DNA of 64,000 bases from Takakia lepidozioides. Its lineage: Eukaryota; Plantae; Bryophyta. Position 1 is the first letter of the stretch; every line of letters begins with the position of its first letter. The notes beneath the pieces are model-generated. The model searched no databases. It was not told the DNA's origin and was given only the letters and a program-made list of their open reading frames with translations. Position numbers and translations under genes: made by a program. Below, one piece after another: positions 61,913 through 64,000 of the stretch. Where the stretch lies: positions 63,426,001-63,490,000 of the forward strand of contig CM060734.1 in the NCBI GenBank assembly GCA_030704615.1, given 5' to 3'.

Positions 61913-62860
61913 TTAAGTGTTATGAAATCTTCTTCTCGTAATGATATATTGTTAAATCTCTATGTTGTACATTTTAGGTACTCACCAGGGGTAGCACTTA
62001 TCTACTGTACAGAGACTGCAGGATATTCCCAGCTTGGCCATGGTATTGGGCATGTAGCCTGGTCGCCCTAGTAGCTGCAGACAGACTATACTCATACTCC
62101 CTGAGTGAAGGCTTGGTGCAGAAGGCCTAGTCTTCTGACTGCCCTCATATGTATGCAGACATTGGAAACCCATGGTTCCAAGAGCCAAGAGGAGGGGTTA
62201 GTTGTTAGTTCCACATATCATTCCTGGTAGCCATGAGTAGTGAGACCAGTGGTTGCAAAGACCAGAGAAAATCCTCTCGCACCTCAGGGCCCTTAAAAAG
62301 TTTTATACCTTAAGCATCTGAGGAAAATAACCCAGCCTGTAAATGGGAAGAAGACTAGCACTGTTCAAAGGATTGAAGTAAAATGTTCTCATCAGGGCAG
62401 TAGCCAACCGAAAGCTTAAGAGCATCAGAGGCAACACTCTTTTACAAGGAAGTAGCTCACCAATAGTGGTTCTGTGCCTAAACTTAATACAACCTTATAA
62501 CTTGCTCCAGAAATACAGTCCTCATGTGAGTCACTGGGAAATGGTAAGCTGAAATTGTAATTGGGCATTTGCTGAAAGACAGGCCAGCTTCAATCCAAGA
62601 AGCACATTCATATCAAAATTGATGAAGCCCTACCGAATGCAATTTAAAAGTGAAAATTGAAGAGGACATCGGCATAAGATCTAAAGATTGGCTTCAGCTG
62701 TGCAAAAGCAGCTCTTTCAGCTGCACCAGCCAGTACCATTGACAGTATCACCAGAAGGTTTATTAGCTTCGTCTCCTCGGTAGAAACAGGATCCCTTAGA
62801 CACCCCACCAGCTAAGTAGCCATCTACAGCATTTGACATTTTGACAAGCTGCAATCTTCA

Positions 62861-63866
62861 TCATCTGGCCATTGCGGAATCTCCACCATTTTCTTGAGAC
62901 CTTAAATTCTCCCACAAGTAGCGGCCGCTTGCCATGTCAACCAAAAGCCAAAAGCCTGAGGCAATCTTCGAGGATACCTGCAAAAGGGTAGAAAAAATAG
63001 CTTGTTGTGACCTTCTTTCATCAACTGCCCACATGTGCAGAATATAAACTATAGCGCTCAGAGTGCATTGTCCATGTATGTAGCTGTGGGATGAAACCAT
63101 GGAAATCCTGACCAACAGATACAGGGACAAAAACTTAAGCCCACCAGAAGATGGTACATCCTTCCTGCGTAGGGCAAGGGAAGAGAGAGAAGCAGGTTGT
63201 ACTGCTCCTTTGCAGATCTGCTAGATGGACACATCCCAACCTGGACGAAGATCTGACGCTCGTGAGAAAATATATCAAAAGCAGTAGAAAGTTCCTAAAC
63301 TGGCTACAAGATGATAACCGGTCTAGGCCTTCCAGGAGCTTGTCCGTGACCCACAGAAAGTCGCATGTTGGCATTAGGAAAACAGACACTAACGTGTGCA
63401 AAGTCGTAAGGAATGAGAGGGCACATGCTTGCAGTCTCAAGGGAAAACCTTACAAAACTCCCTTCACCAACTGAAGTGAAGGGGTAGATGGTATTACACA
63501 TGGCTACCAAGCAACAAGCGGTCTGTGATTAAGGACCAACTTGTTTGAAATGGGAAAGTTCATTCCAGAAAAATTTGCGAATATCGTTCCAGAGTCAACG
63601 GAAGATGAATTGCCGACTTGGTCTTTGAAAGGGAAGACCATTAAATGTATACGTGATCAAACACAGTTGGTTCAGTAGAGACCAACGAGAAGCTCTCGGC
63701 TCACCTTGCTCACACTGCTTCGTTTCTGTGAGGTAGCTGTAGACGCCTCATCCTTCAGTTCAGTAACATCCAGAATGCTAGTGCCCTTCGAACGCACGGT
63801 TTGAAATGCAAAGTACCCGGCCAAAAGGGCCGAGAGAAACACGAGGATCACACGTAATGGACACAT
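62861..63866 (-). CDS. Small conserved plant membrane protein (often labelled 'methyltransferase-related'), 2 exons, 92 aa (63705-63866, 62861-62977)
   Basis: MCPLRVILVFLSALLAGYFA N-terminus and LVDMASGRYLW C-terminal motif; phase-0 GT-AG intron. Confidence 0.85.
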
Positions 63867-64000
63867 GGCTCCTTGCTCCTTTCAAAACACAGCCCCGCCA
63901 AATGGGTCCGTCCACCCTAGATGTGAACAAAAAGTGAAGGGAACACAAACCCGGACGACTACTTCACAAGACACCAACCTTATTTCTTATCTGTCTCGAT

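Overview
Eukaryotic, intron-containing, TE-dense plant DNA, most likely a bryophyte/moss (inferred from the TE lineages and gene sequences, not proven). About 51 kb is nested, partly scrambled mobile DNA: a satellite with a hAT MITE, a young full-length Galadriel-like chromovirus (6013-13001, TSD TTGCC), a Mutator MITE, a Sola2-like transposase element with a RING-finger ORF, CACTA pieces next to a SET domain, and a MULE transposase. The last 12 kb holds three apparently intact spliced host genes (NNF1/PMF1-like, MAM33/C1QBP-like, a small conserved plant membrane protein) and two piggyBac-like MITEs. The standout is an unusual Ty3/gypsy family seen as three partial copies. One polyprotein has a DNMT3-like cytosine methyltransferase between protease and RT, and one integrase is followed by a PHD finger. 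The primer-binding site is complementary to the element's own terminal repeat (self-priming). The termini look like a split direct repeat (A ... PPT-B-A-B) joined at a palindromic CA-GC-TG site. The long 5' leaders carry different cargo, including an ERF gene fragment. Linking the halves into one family is inference. All coordinates and counts were read by hand.
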